A stretch of 63,370 nucleotides of DNA, filler included, from Reticulomyxa filosa (GCA_000512085.1; 18 parts of 18 records of this genome joined end to end with filler, not necessarily neighbours in it); one strand, 5' to 3'; numbered from the whole stretch's first letter, positions 1 to 14,073 are shown. Notes: a model not told the origin generated them from the sequence alone. Made by a program: numbers and translations.

Positions 1-922
1 CCATTGTGTTGGCTATACCCAAGACCGACAACACCGACACTATTATGCCACGAACTATTTTTGGGTGTCGTTTCTTTATCAGCATTTGATCAAATAAACT
101 TTCATATTTTCACCATGAGTACAAAATCAAAGGAATCGAAACGCACCAATTTAAAAAGAATAATATCACCAATACTAATATCAACCATATTCGTTCTTCC
201 ATTTTTGTTCCCACCTTTTTTTTCCCCGTGTTGCTGTGCCAAAAAATAATTCGTCAGTTTACAACTAAGAAGTAGAGTTGGTCAAAGAATATCAATTTGC
301 ATTACGTTGACTATGATCAGGATAAGAAAATAGTAGCAATCTTGAGTTTTCTTAGTATTTTCAGTTTGCAAAAAGTGTGTGTTTATGTCTAACCAAACTG
401 GCAAAATCTTGAGAGAATTTGTGCCATGGGTTCGATTTTAAACAACATCTGCGCTTTTGACAATGAACTAGTTTGAAACATAACGATCAAGTGAGCTGGG
501 GGAAAAAACAATAATAAGACAATAAGCAATAAACATCAAAACGAAGCAGAAACAAAACTAAACAGCAAACAAAACAAATAATTAACAATAATGAAAGACT
601 ACAACACATCGCAAGAGGTGTCAGAAAAACAGAAAGAAATAGTTTATCTACGGAATCTCAAACAAACAAAACAAACTAGAAAAAAAAAGGGGGGGTGTTT
701 GGAAGCCAAATAAATGCATTGTGTCTTTTGGCTCAATGCTCAGTTTGGCTCCCTCTTTTGTTTTTTTTCTTCCATTCCTGCTCGCTCTGCCCCTTCTCTT
801 TTCTCCCCTCCCCCTCCCAATGACCTATTTCCTTGTTCTCTCTGCTCCGCCAGCAGAGAGTTAAAACAAAACAAAACAAAACAAAAAAAACAAACAAAAA
901 AGGCTGACTTTTTTTTTTATCA

Positions 923-2204
923 CTACGCGGCGTCAACACGTTGCAACGTGTCTTTCGCCAAGAGAAGTAAGAGTTGAAGTTCGTGTAGACAGGAATCGTG
1001 ATCAACAAGAGGCATGGTGTGGGAGAGATGATGATCGGTGAGATTTTTGGAAACATTGGAAAGATGATCAATGATGGACTGCATATTTTGGATGAAGGTG
1101 TGCATATCATCAACTTGAGTAATGTGTTGCAATTGTTGGGCCATGTCTTGCGCTTGTTTGGTTTTCATCCAAGGAATATTGTTCCTTTTTAATCGTTAAT
1201 TTCTTTTTCTTTTCATCATTGCCACTGTTATTCAAGGTACTGACACCATTACTATTGTTGGCATTGGCATTGATATTGTCTTCGTTATTATTGGCATTCG
1301 ACAAGGCATCAACGATTTTTATCTTGCGCCACCAATGGAGAGGAAAGATTCAATGCGTCGGCTTTGTCGTCCGTCGTCGTCTTATCGGACAACCCAACAA
1401 ATTTGTGCAAACGCAAATCTTTCATGGAAATGCGTTGACTCTCCGGTTTGAAAATCTTGCTCATCACATCCAAGGCATCGGCCGGGATCAAAGGTAATCT
1501 CTTCCAATGGACCAACACATCACGTAAACGTCCATTCACAAGAAAGCGGAATGCAGGATTTGAAGGGTCGGGGACTTGGTACGGAGGTGCACCAACCAGC
1601 ATCATAAACAGCATTACCCCCAAACACCAGATATCCGCCTTTTCTGGAGAATATTCTTTCCTCGCATAAACCTTTTTTTTTTTGTAAAAAAAAAAAGAAC
1701 AAACATTCAAAAAAATTGGATCATAAATAAAATAGAAGAGTATACGTTAATGTTACTACTGGACAAAAGAAAATCGCATAAAAAAAAAAAAAGTATATAA
1801 TTTATATTAAAAATACATGTAAAAATATTGTTTTTTTGTACACAGGTATATACATACAAAAAGAAAAATAAATAGGGACATTGCATGCAAACCTCGGGTG
1901 CCATGTAGCCGATTTTTCCGACTCGGTCATGAAACATTTGATCTGATTTGACTCGTCTCGCCAAGCCAAAGTCAATAATCTTAACGTGGATGTGGTTCGC
2001 ATCAACCGAAGCGATCATCGTGTTTTCCAAGCTCAAGTCCAAGTGAGAGATCCCATGGGAATGCATCCAAGATACGGTGTCAACCAGTTGACGAAACATC
2101 GATTGAACACGTATGCTCCATCCACTTGGCGTCGCCTGGCACACTTGTTCGGCGCTCGCCGCTTTTTTACAAGCTCGCTCATTGCACTGTTGGCGTGGCT
2201 GTCG
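923..2204 (-). CDS. Ser/Thr protein kinase, CAMK-like, 5'-truncated, intron 1672-1892
   Basis: Catalytic loop HLDLSLEN, KIIDFGLA, GKIGYMAPE then VYARKEYSPEKADIWCLGVMLF after the intron. The frame as given stops at 1309; a C-terminal extension to 923 needs two frame changes in A-runs. Confidence 0.9.
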
Positions 2205-2304
2205 NNNNNNNNNNNNNNNNNNNNNNNNNNNNNNNNNNNNNNNNNNNNTTAATTAATTAANNNNNNNNNNNNNNNNNNNNNNNNNNNNNNNNNNNNNNNN
2301 NNNN
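2205..2304. other. Artificial contig linker N44-TTAATTAATTAA-N44 (first of 17)
   Basis: Identical 100-nt spacer with stops in all six frames at 2205, 3788, 7557, 8919, 10321, 18954, 23647, 34752, 36060, 37284, 39625, 41171, 48028, 52423, 58061, 59839 and 61259. Confidence 0.98.
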
Positions 2305-2761
2305 CCACCGCCTCCTCTACGGTCTTGGTTGTGTGGTAGTTTGATTACACATTAAATGCTGTATATAGCAATCAACAAAAATGTGAAACAGAAAACAAAT
2401 GCAAAATCGAAATACCTCCGCCTCTTCCTCTCATTTTTTGGTTCTATAGATAAACAGGAAAATATTAGCTCAGTGTGAAAAACAGGGGTCGAGTAAAAAA
2501 GTATGGTAATGTCATCGCACGTTAAATTGATGATACGTTATTTCTTCAGCAAAAAAAATGAAAAAGTTATGCATTTAAGACAGTAATTTTAAAAATAGTT
2601 CAGGTTATCAACTTTTTTTCAATTTCAATTTGACATTTAGTCATGCGGCGTCATAGTTATTGGGAAAAGGCCGGTCAATTCACACAAAAATCCCATTAAA
2701 AAAACACCAAAAAAAACCCAGTTCACAAAAAATGAAAAACAGTCAGCGCTTTGATATTATG

Positions 2762-3775
2762 TTATGTTTGGAACTGTTCTTCAATTGCATCAGGGTTTTC
2801 AGTCAAGTCTACATCTTTGCCTGTCAATTCTTTGAATATTGTCATGACTTCACGAGAAGAAGCCTGGAAGTGGGTGGTAGCATCCATGGACGAGCAAATA
2901 AATACACCATCAGCACCAAGTTCCTTTGCAGGCACATAAGTATCATTTACCAAGAAAAAGTCTTTCAACACTTTTCCTAGCAGTTGATATGCTACTCCCA
3001 ATTCGCGTTTGGGGTTGTTCGTGTAGACCTGAGCCGAGATCATCGCCAAAAAGCGTTCTTTCGGCGCAACTTGCAGGGCGCTGGACATCACACTAATATA
3101 AATGTCCGATTTGTGACCAGTCTAAAAAATTTGAAACCCGTCAGTTAACAAAGCACATGATTTAAAAAAAAAAAAAACTATTATTGTATTATTTTTCTCT
3201 TTCTCCTGATCTACCCGCGATCTACCCATTAAATAGATAAATGAAGACAAAACTTGTTTGCAAGGTAAAATGATTTGTGCCGACTGCGCCGTTCCTGTTC
3301 CTTCAACAGAGTGGTCTAATATGCACAACCAACGAGCAACAGTTCCGGTTTTCTTCACTCGATCTGTCTCCAAGAAATAGCTTGGGTCTGCAATCAATTG
3401 TTTGCATTTGGCCGTCTATAGTGTGGACAACCAATATGACGTGTTTGAATCAATGATGACATACTTCGAATAAAAAAAAAAACATATTTCAAAAAAAAGT
3501 AAACGTAACTCCTTCAATCTTTCCTTCATGCTTGGCTGTTACTCCGGTCACATGGCCTTTGTCATCAAAATGGATTTCTGTGATTTCTCGTCTCAACATG
3601 TAGACACCACCGTGAACTGCTGCCAGTCGTGAAAAGCCCTCAGGCAAGCCACCCAACCCCCACACCGGATATATATACGGTGATTTTTCAAATCGATTGA
3701 GCGAATAAGCGTACAACTTTAAGCGCTCGATACATGGGATCACTTCCTTTGGATCTTCCAAGTATGAATCGTCTA
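2762..3775 (-). CDS. GDI1: Rab GDP-dissociation inhibitor, 3' part, 3 exons
   Basis: SPYIYPVWGLGGLPEGFSRLAAVHGGVYML; KCKQLIADPSYF; SAQIILP; SSMDATTHF. GT-AG introns join the three ORFs in frame. Confidence 0.95.
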
Positions 3776-3887
3776 TTCCGCCCCCCCNNNNNNNNNNNNN
3801 NNNNNNNNNNNNNNNNNNNNNNNNNNNNNNNTTAATTAATTAANNNNNNNNNNNNNNNNNNNNNNNNNNNNNNNNNNNNNNNNNNNN

Positions 3888-3914
<27 letters not shown>

Positions 3915-3930
<16 letters not shown>

Positions 3931-5709
3931 GCGCGAGTATGAAACAATAATGTCGAATTTGCAAGTGGACATTCCCTCGCGCAAAAAAATGTGGTGGATT
4001 TGACAACTCGTATCCTGTATCGCAAAGGAATCAATCTAATCGTTGCCACCCAACCCAAAATGCAATTTGCGTTTGAAATACCAGTCGTGGAAAAGTTCAT
4101 CACCGGACTGGAAATTGACGATTGTGACCAGCCTCAACCGCCCGTTGTCGCTGTCGTCAAGGCCACTTACAACTCGGCTTCAGTTACGTGTTTTTTTTTT
4201 CACGCTTGCTTAATGAACGAAGGGTTCTTTTTTTTTTTTTTTTTTTTTATAATTGCGCGTGCGTGGTTTTTTTGAATGTGAATTTTTGTATATTTTTTTT
4301 TTTAAAAAAAACTGTGTATACACTACTTATATACACTTATATACATATATGTATATATGTTTATAAGTGTATTTTTTTTTTTTTTTATAATTTGTCTTAT
4401 TATTGTTATATTTGTTTATGAATAACTATGTGATGCGAATCAATTTGAATGTTGTAAATGTGTGTGTGTGTGTGTGGTGCAGATTGAATGGAGAATGTCC
4501 CATCCCAGCCTCGTGGCAAAGGTGGACGAGTTTGGTATTGAAATCGCGCGCGTGAAGAAAGCGGAGGAAAAAAAATCCAAGTCGAAGAAGTCGAAGAAGA
4601 AAGGCAAAGGCAAAAAAAAAGGAAGCGATGATTCGGGCAGTGACGATTCCGAAAGTGCTAGCGAGTCGGGCGACGACAGCGATGAAGAGAGCGACAAAGA
4701 GGACGACAAAAAAAAAAGAAAAAAGGAGACAAAGACGAAGAAAAAGCAAAAGATCAGGACCTTGCGTTGGACGAAGATGGACTCAATTTGGGAAACGAAG
4801 GAGACTTCAACGAAGACGAGATTTCTGGCTTAAAGTGGGCTGATATTGATGGTAAAAAGTCTTTTGAAGTATTATTTAATGTAGGACACAGACAAAAAAT
4901 GTATTATATGTAATGTGTTTTTTGTTGTTGTTGCTGTGAAGAAATCATCAAAGCACAACGAAGCAAATATCGTCTGGAATTGGGACAATGGCAATATGAC
5001 ATTCGCGGATTAAAGGATTCCATGGTGTATGCCATTCGTATACGAGGGAAAAATAAGTCGGGATGGGGTGGCTACTCTGTTCCTGTGAAAGCGGTCACCA
5101 AGAAATTAACTATTGACAGTGTCATTATGAAGTCCAAAGAAAAAGCTGCCTTGCTGAAATTTGTCTCCAAAAAGGAACGCAAGAAACGCTGGAAATTGCT
5201 TTTCCGTGCCTCCAAAGATGGCTTTGCTAGCACACAATTCCACGCCAAATGTGACAACAAAGGCACCACTATCACTGTCGTGCTGTCTGCCCTTGGCCAT
5301 GTCTTTGGAGGGTACACTGTGCTGCCCTGGCAGTCGGGCGGAGGGGCGTATCAACAAGACTCCAATGCCTTCATCTTCTTGTTGCGCTCTACCAACAAAA
5401 TATACAAAAAACCACAAAAGTGGGGCATTAAGAATGGTTACAATGCTGTTTATCATTCGGGTGGATATGGGCCAACATTTGGTATGTCTCTTTTTTTTAA
5501 AAAAAAAAAAATTATCTTTTATACATTGTTGTAAATGTTATGGTCAAACAGGTGGAGGGTTTGATTTCTACATTTGCAGCGGATGTGACACGACAAACAG
5601 TAGCTATTCAAACGCTGGAAATAGTTTCACTTCGCCAGTGGATCAAACATTACTGGCAGGATCTTATAACTTTTTGGTGAAAGATTACGAAGTCTACCAA
5701 CTCAAATAA
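3915..5709 (+). CDS. Fibronectin type III + TLDc domain protein, 5'-truncated, multi-exon
   Basis: FN3 end YDIRGLKDSMVYAIRIRGKNKSGWGGYS; TLDc WKLLFRASKDGFASTQFHAKCDNKGTTITVV...VFGGYT...YGPTFG then GGFDFYI...VKDYEVYQL after an intron. A K/D/E/S-rich insert lies inside the FN3 region. Confidence 0.88.
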
Positions 5710-6984
5710 ATTTTACAAAAACAGGAACAGAAAAATATTTTTTTTTTACAACCTGTCCATACTTGAAACACATCAAAAAGCACTTGTGAAAATTTTTTTA
5801 AAGTAGTGGGGAATATAAAATACAGGTTTTTGTTGTTTAATTCCAATCCAATTTATTTGGTCCACATCTTTTATCACAACAAAAAACTTGGAATAATATC
5901 TTTGGTTGTTTCGCAACAATCGCTGAAATAAAATGCACAATCTCGGCAATAGCGAAAAAACAAAACAGACAACAAAAAAGTGTTGCAGCAAAAGAAAACT
6001 AAAAACAAAATGTTAAATATCAACACGTTCGAAAAATTTTTTTGTAAGTTATTGCTCCAAACAATTATATCTTATTGTCATAAAATGTGAAGAACTTTAA
6101 GGTAGCATAGTTTGTATGTCCGTTAAGTTTTTTTTTTGTTGACTAACAAAAAACTGCAATATTTAACATAACTTTTAGTCATTATGAAAGACGATGGTAC
6201 AAATGACTTGTAGTTTTAAATATAGTTTTTGTTTTTTATTTTGTCTTTCGAAATTTTTTTGTACAACCATTTTTTCAAATTAAAGAGTATTATTTGACTT
6301 TTATTTATATTTTTTGGAGATGTTTTGTTTATTTTGATGTTAATTATTTTTTTATTGTTATTTGCGTTTTATTATATGTATTTTCTGAAAAAATTTGACA
6401 ATTTTGTGATCGCAAAAAAAATATCATTTTTCTTTTAATAAAAAACGTCCAAGATTTTTAAAATTTTCCTGTAAAATCTTTAATAAATTATTTATCGTTT
6501 CAAAGGCAATTACATCAAGCCATTTTTTATTGAAACAGAACAATCATCGTAAAAAACATGCTGGAAACAAAAACAAAGATTCAAATTTTGGAAAAAATTT
6601 CGAAAGATAAAATGATATTTAAAAACTACACCATTCGTAGATATTTTTCTTTAAATAAAAAATAATTTTGATTAAATGTTTTTTTTTCATGGAGAAAATC
6701 GATTATATTCATAAAGTGCCGTTTTATGTGGCAACTTTCTTTTCTATTCTGTTATATTTTGAATAATGTTGTTCTCACTCGGCCGAGCTCAAAGCGTGAA
6801 TTAGCCTTCAAAAATTGGTGCTTTTGGCCGATTAATAAAAAAAAGCAAAATAAAGTTTGTCGGAGAAGTTGAAAGTGATGTGATTATTCGAAAAGATAAA
6901 AATAACATGTGGCGAAAAGTGGAGAGCTATTTTGTTTCGATTACAGTAAGTTGTTTTTTCGAAAGGTGGCTGCAATAAAACATA

Positions 6985-7556
6985 ATGTTGAAAGCGTTGG
7001 GCTGGAGGACATTTCAAATTCCACAACCATCCTATCCTAATGGCTTGCTCTATAATTTCCGGAAATGTCTGGCGTCAACCTCTCAACAGAGCTTACTACC
7101 CTTGAGACACGTGGTCAAAGTGCATTGTACTCGTTCTTCACCAGATTGGGTTCAACCCTGGCAATGTTTATCGCAGAAGAATGTGACAGGCTCAGGGTTG
7201 ATAATATCCGATCAAAGAATATTGACCAACGCACACGTGGTCAGCGACCATGCATTTGTGACAGTGACGAAACACAACAGCAGCACTCATTTTCCAGCAA
7301 GAGTGAACGCCATCGGGCACGAATGCGATTTGGCGTTGTTGACCATTGAAGACCCTTTATTTTGGGAAGATGTGTCAGGGCACTTGGAATTTGAAGGTCT
7401 TCCTCGGCTGCAAGACACTGTGTTAAGTGTAAAACGATTGTGCATTTGTGTGAATGTGTGTTTTTGAGCGTTTGCGCAAGAGCGCATGACATGTCTAAAA
7501 AAAAACGTCAAACAAAAAAAAAAATTTGTGTAATGTACATCTAAGAGGTCGAAGCT
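6985..7556 (+). CDS. Deg/HtrA trypsin-like serine protease (Deg2/9/10-type), 3'-truncated
   Basis: VVKVHCTRSSPDWVQPWQ...GSGLII...ILTNAHVV (catalytic His), IGHECDLALL (catalytic Asp), LEFEGLPRLQDTV. The basic N-terminus could be a mitochondrial presequence. Confidence 0.9.
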
Positions 7557-7656
7557 NNNNNNNNNNNNNNNNNNNNNNNNNNNNNNNNNNNNNNNNNNNN
7601 TTAATTAATTAANNNNNNNNNNNNNNNNNNNNNNNNNNNNNNNNNNNNNNNNNNNN

Positions 7657-8800
7657 GCCGCCACTCGTGGGTGTGAAGAGCTATTTCATAACAAAAGTAA
7701 GTTGACATAATATCTTTTTTACTTTCTATAATAAATCCGACATATCATCACTCATCATATCTTCATTCTATTGTTTGCTTGTGATATTGGCTTGGAGTTT
7801 CGTAAAAATAATTCACCAAATTGGGTCATAATATCGGAAGAATAGTCCCATGTGAAAGTGTGCTCACTCGACCGCCATGTATGCTTATGTATTTCATACA
7901 ATGTCCATTTCTCCTTTGTCTTGTATTTCTTCGGCCAATCTATCATTTCGTTTTCATTTTGCGCTATATTATTACGTTTTTTTCTTCTTGACAAATCTGC
8001 CTTCGTAGTCGAACAGCACCAAGATCCAGATCGTCGGCGATTCAACTGTGAGAATTTTTTTTGCAACGATTCCAATTTCATACCGAATTCATTCGTTCAA
8101 GTCGCTCTTGTGATATGAGACATACTTTGACCTTGGCTAATGGTCGTGATTGGAAATTCTCGCGCCCATTCAATAATTTTTGTGTTGGAGATACGATGAT
8201 TGAAGATACCATTTGCATTTTCTTTTTTTTTCTTGACGTATTCGCTGTTATTTTCCTTTCTTGCTTTCTTGATTGTCATCCAACACGTTGCCCGTGGTCA
8301 ATAGTCGCTCCAGCAGGCAGTTCGGTAAATATAATTATACGTTTGTTACATGAACGCAAGACATACAATTCTTGCAGTCTGAAAATGCAACAAGCGCTAT
8401 ATATTCACCAATTATCAATGACCAATGCTGATTACGAGCTTATCATTCCACATCAGCGCGTGCATGACTCAAAATCCAACATTTGCGCATGTGCGTACGC
8501 ACACAACAAGTTTCAATTGTTGTTCTGAGTTGATAAAATTATCGCGCCATTTCCATTACCACCAAGTTCCCATTGTTCGTTCTTTGGCACCAGTAACTCG
8601 CAGTTCGACACCATCTTTGAGACTAATTGTTGGCTTGGCACAGCGCCAGAGACTTGTGTCTGTTTACGCTGAATGTAAACAAATTCTTTGAAATACTTCG
8701 GACTACCACTTCCAGATATTGCCATATTTGTTTGACACTTTCCATTGGGACGCGCTATGGGGAGTACGTATCGAAACGCGCAAAATCGCCACTCGTGGAC
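7657..8800 (-). repeat. Degenerate dispersed repeat family A, copy in contig 4
   Basis: 8775-8797 is the exact reverse complement of 61115-61137 (CACGAGTGGCGATTTTGCGCGTT) and homology continues about 130 nt. The core CGCCACTCGTG recurs at about 7659. 8200-8270 aligns to 35055-35125. Confidence 0.75.
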
Positions 8801-9234
8801 CTAAGAGTAAAAGAGCAAATCAATTACCAATTTCAGCAAAGTCAGTCAACTGCTTTTTTTTTTTCTTGATACAAGCTTGATATTATTTTTCTTCTCTTCA
8901 TCACCATCCTACTCTTTCNNNNNNNNNNNNNNNNNNNNNNNNNNNNNNNNNNNNNNNNNNNNTTAATTAATTAANNNNNNNNNNNNNNNNNNNNNNNNNN
9001 NNNNNNNNNNNNNNNNNNTTTTTAAATTGTGAGCTACTGGGTCTCTTCAGGGGATCTGAAGTATTCCAAAATTTAGGAATGAAACATTAATATGTTTGAT
9101 TATTGTTTTTATAATATTAAATATTTTTTTTGCTTTTGGTTTTACTTCCTTCTGGTCTTAATGCGAATGCACGAAACGTGAAGATTACCTTGCAAGGCAT
9201 TGTTTATCGTGTGATTACGATGTTTTTTCAATGT

Positions 9235-9510
9235 CTTAATTTATTCCAAATCTTGTATGTCAACACAAGATTATGACCATTGAATCGACCTGATCATCGG
9301 ATACACTTATGATACAGCTTCACATCTTGTCTTTGTTGCAATTCTAGATGAGAGAGTTGAGAAATAACATTGACTGTAATAAGCAGTCTGGTTCATTACA
9401 CCAAGAATTCGACACATTGCAATTCTTTGTGTCATTTCCAATAGTCTCTTATGAATGTCGCGACCCGGTATCTCATTAAGATGCGCGGAAAGCACTCGCG
9501 CCAACAAGAA
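9235..9510 (-). mobile_element. Decayed non-LTR retrotransposon (LINE) fragment, post-RT thumb region
   Basis: KRLLEMTQRIAMCRILGVMNQTAY, frameshift, TVNVISQLSHLELQQRQDVKLYHKCIR*. This resembles the LINE post-RT pattern (L.RIQR.A.R.ILG...TT....L......PL.LR), with a frameshift and a stop. Confidence 0.6.
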
Positions 9511-10152
9511 AAGTTACTGAAACTAAAGAAAAAGCCACCGAAGGCAAGCCCTGAGTGTCAACTAGAAAAGATTCCAACAGTGGTATTCATATTTGCAGAT
9601 CAATCGAACATTTTCGTAAATCAAAAGACTCCGATCAAATTGTCACGAGATCTTCGAAAAAATATTGTGAAACCATATGAACAATTATTGAAATTGACGT
9701 ATACGTCCACAATCATAAAGGCTAACAAATTAGTGTTATGCCTTAACAGAAATAGTAATATGGAGAATAAAGGTCATGCGAGTAGAACAGTTTATCGTTC
9801 GAAGAACTTAATTTTTGCTTGCAAGCTTTGTTTGGTCTTTCTATTCTGTTTCGACCGATGTTTTCAGAAATTTCACTTGGTATCCTGGTTGTTCGATATC
9901 TAATCTAAAAGAGGTGAATTGAATCTCAATAGACTCCAATACTTCAAAAACGCATTGATCCTGTAATTCCCCCCGACCATTCCACAGTGAAGAGCCAAAT
10001 TTGTTTTCACAACCCGTACAACTTTTGAGATTTTATTTGTTTTTTTTTGATATTTTAAAGATTAAATTAAAATTTTTTCCACTTGTTGTTGATTGTGTGT
10101 GAGTGTGAGTTTTTGATATGTTTTGTTGATCTTTTCCCTTTTTTTGTGTTTT

Positions 10153-10295
10153 CCCGGAAACTAACGAAAAGGTCCTCAAAGGTCCGGAAATCAACAAAAG
10201 GCCCACAAAGGCCCGAAACCAACGAGAAGGCTCTTAAAGGCCAACAAAAAGCCATAAAGGCCCGGAAACCAGTAAAAGGTAGTTCCGGAAACTAA
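10153..10295 (+). repeat. Degenerate minisatellite, unit about 29 bp (CCGGAAACCAACAAAAGGCCCWCAAAGG-like)
   Basis: About 5 imperfect copies of ccggaaa/cccgaaa...aaaagg...aaagg. Confidence 0.7.
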
Positions 10296-10897
10296 AAGAA
10301 AAAGAAAATGTTTTGCTTTGNNNNNNNNNNNNNNNNNNNNNNNNNNNNNNNNNNNNNNNNNNNNTTAATTAATTAANNNNNNNNNNNNNNNNNNNNNNNN
10401 NNNNNNNNNNNNNNNNNNNNTTTTTTTTTTTTTATTTTATTTGTTTATTTATTTATTGTTTGCAAATTTTTTTTTTTTTCCTCTTGTCCCTCTTCTCCCT
10501 TTTTTTTTGTTCGTGCAGTGATTGCCATAGTGTTTTTGGAAAAACAATGTTGGCACTTTTTCTTGGGGGGAGAATTACCTACTTTGAATGATCACTTTGT
10601 CTCCAACACGAAATGCAACACTCATGATTGCAATTGATAAATGGATAAATAAATAAAACCCTTAAAAAAAAAGGAAAATTATCCTTTTTTTTTTTGAAAA
10701 AGTTTTTTTTTTTTTTTACTTCCCATATGAACTAGTTCGTCATACCTTTTTTTTTTTTTTTGAGAGTTAGGAAAAAAAAAGTTCAGGAAATTTAAAAATA
10801 TTGCTTCTGTTGTAACTTGAAAAAAAATTAACCGCTGAAAAAAAAAGGATGGAAAAGGAGGGAAAAAAAAGAAATGAAAAGTTAAAAAATTATATTA

Positions 10898-12420
10898 CTA
10901 TTGAATTTGATGGATTGCAACTTTACACATCCCTTCACAAGCTGTTTTCCCTTTTGTCTCCTTCCTTCCAATAGAACTCATGAGTTCTAAGTTTTTTGCC
11001 CCAAAAATTTGATATAGGCTCTGTTCGTTGAATTCATACAACAAAAGACATAAAATATGTGCACATGCATATATACATATATACATATATATGTATGTTG
11101 TATCGAATAAGAAAAAAATTAGTATGCACCTGGATGTTTCCAAAGCAATATTTAATTGTTGAATAGTTTTGATTTTATCTTCTTTCAATCTTTGAATTTG
11201 TAAAGTGATAGCATTGAAGCGACTTTTGACATCGGAAATTTCTTGCTGAATCGGTGCCAATTTTTTGTTGGCTTCCATTTGTAAATGTCTATCAAAAATG
11301 CCATGAAATTCATGTCTTAATTTTGCAGTAAGTTTTTCCATCTCTTGGAGGTGTTGAGTTTCACTATTATCCAATAGCCCTTTCCATTTTTCTGCCTCTG
11401 TTTTCCATTTGTTTATTTCCGATTCCACCTGATTTGTGGTGTAGTCTATGGTTGACATGTCATTCATGACAATGTTCTCGGCTGATTCTGATGCGCTCGC
11501 GTCCTCAGGAGGATTTTGCATATCCAAAATAGGGACCACTTCTATACACATTATATTATTACATATACATATGATATTGTGCATATTGAATAAACGATAA
11601 CATATTAAACATTACCATCTGTCAAGTCAATATCATCGAAAATATTGGGGACTTTAGTATTTGGCACTTGACCAGCTTCGTCCCCCAACAATATTCGTAA
11701 GTCATCCGCCTCTTGTTGAAGGAGCAGTATTGCACTTAACGATTGTTTTTTCACATGTTTTATCAATGTTGCTTAATCACACACACACATTCGCGTTATA
11801 TATGTGTGCATCTATACATATGTGTATATGTACATATACATATATATATGCATATATGCTATATTATGCATATTACATGCATTGCTTGAAACATTTTGGA
11901 TGTTGTTGCTTCGGCTATTCTTTTGTTGTTTATCAATAGATGATGTGTCAATTTTAGAATGTTCTGGAATTACATTATCTTCATTACCACTATCATTGCT
12001 ATGATTTCCATTATCATTATCATTTTCTTCTTCGCTCACATTTTCTATGCTATAATCCCTTTTTTGTAGTAATTGTTGTCTCATTTTTTCTGCTTCTGCC
12101 TTCCATTTTTCGGCCAATGCTATTGATGATCGACGCTCGGCGTGTAATGAGTCCTTCCTTTTTTTTTCTTTTATCAGTTCGTGTTCCAATTCCTCCACTT
12201 TTATGCGCAGTTGTTTATTCTCATTCACTAAGTGCCCTTCGAACTTGCCACCTTCTGCGCCACCACTAGCTTTTTTTTGTTTGTTTCCTTGTTTTTTTTT
12301 ATCTTGTTGGCTATTGTTTTTACCCTCAAGCTCGTAACAAACCAATCGGCGCGTTGGAACTGGACTCTTGTTCATTTTCTGAATGTTCTGACAAATTATT
12401 TTGGTTATCCTCATTTGCAA
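10898..12420 (-). CDS. Coiled-coil hypothetical protein, multi-exon
   Basis: Heptad-rich ORFs (NENKQLRIKVEELEHELIKEKK; KWKAEAEK and KWKTEAEKWK) separated by (TA)n/(CA)n-rich introns. Ends are approximate. Confidence 0.6.
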
Positions 12421-12714
12421 AGTCGATATCCATTTTAAGAATCTTTGGTTCCACTATTTTTTTTTTGTTATGACTCAAGAAAAGGAACGCTTTGTGTAGG
12501 GTCCATTTTTGCTTATTAGTCGGGTCGGTAGTTTACAAAATAAACTTAGTCTTGTTAATTTTACTTTGCTAAAACAAGAAATATTTTATCAATTTGTAAA
12601 TTTTGCTTGACCATTTTATTTCACACAAACAGCCAACAAAGCGGGCTAGTTTTTTTGTTGTTTGAGAGTCAACTCTAATTCGAAAAGTGGCGCCTATCCT
12701 TAAAAACTGAATTC

Positions 12715-14073
12715 ATGAAGATGATGTTTGTGGAGAAGCAAAGTATAACAGTGCGACTGTTTGTATTGTTATCTGTCTTGGTCTGGTGTGTGAACAGTGG
12801 GTTGCAATGTTTGGATAATTCCGGCAGTCCTGTGGACTGGTGGTAAGTTTGAGGAAGAAAGCAAGACAATGATATGGCCATCCACATACACACACATATA
12901 ACCAAAGCGATCAAACAATTAAAACGTGAAACAATAACAACAACAAAAAAAGGTTTATATACAAAGTGAACAATGGATACACATACGCATACTTTGAGAA
13001 TGAGGCTGAAGTGGGATTGAAAGTGCAAACAAATGGACAAACCCTGCAGAGCGGTCAAAACTCAGCATTGGAAAGGACATTGAACCAAATCTACAAGAAT
13101 AAGACCACAGTAAACTACATAATATACAACGACGAAAAACTGGACGGAAGCACGCCAAGTGGCTATGGACATACCAAAGGAGTGTTGGCATTTGACGCAC
13201 GTCAAAACTTTCAAAGTGGTTTTTGGTTGCTTCACTCGGTGCCGAGTTTTCCGGACATATCAAAAACGGTATATGTGTACATGTATGTATGTATGTATGT
13301 ATATATTGTAAGTGACTCTTTTTAGAGTTCACTTTGAAAAAAAAAAAAAGGGGGGGGGGAAGGACACAACCAACAACCAATCAAAAAAAAAAAAAAAGGC
13401 ATATCAATTTGCGTCGAGTACAACGTACGCACAATCGTTTTTATGTTTGACATTTACGAATTACTCGGAGATGAACGTGAGTGCATATCAACTGCGCTAT
13501 GAGAAGCCCTACGTGCTAAACTACAATATCGTGGACAACGAGAGTAAATGGGACAATTGGAACCAAGTGACGGGCAAGAAGTGGCTGTCCGGAAAGAGCA
13601 TTCAACAGATGTCAACGTGGAAAAGGTTTCCATTGGTTCACTTTGCAAGGTCGGGTGATATAAGCACCGACATCATGGAAGCGATAATATCGCCTTACTA
13701 TCACTGCTCCTTTGCTTGGGAGACATGGATTCGATCCCCTGCTGAAGACAGCTATTGTCCTCCTACGTACTCCTACATGGAATTGAATGTCAATCTTGTC
13801 ACTTTTGCGGATGGCACTTCGTTCAAAGAAACGCAAGATCACTCCAAAATTGGCATCTCGTTTTCATGCACTTCTCAACTCATTGTTTGTGTTGGCAGTC
13901 TTAATCGCATGACTTCGCAAGATGCTCGAGGCGGTGGCTATGCTTGCTTTTATCACGCCAATCTTTGGAATACTTTGAACTCTTCTTTTTTCAATATCTC
14001 TTATTGTCCTGCCAACTCGACCACTACTACGACTACCATCCCTACCTACGCTGACGCCCACTGCAATTCGTAA
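12715..14073 (+). CDS. DNASE2: Deoxyribonuclease II with signal peptide; introns 12843-12952 and 13269-13398
   Basis: Signal peptide then LQCLDNSGSPVDWW/FIYK; GHTKGVLAFD; GFWLLHSVPSFP; YAQSFLCLT; DHSKIGIS; CVGSLNRMTSQDARGGG. Both HxK motifs are present. Confidence 0.93.

Noticed and set aside
8765-8800. SGDFARFD as an RdRp motif A or an APE-endonuclease GDFN motif
   Set aside because: It is not conserved in frame among the three repeat copies and no companion motifs were found.
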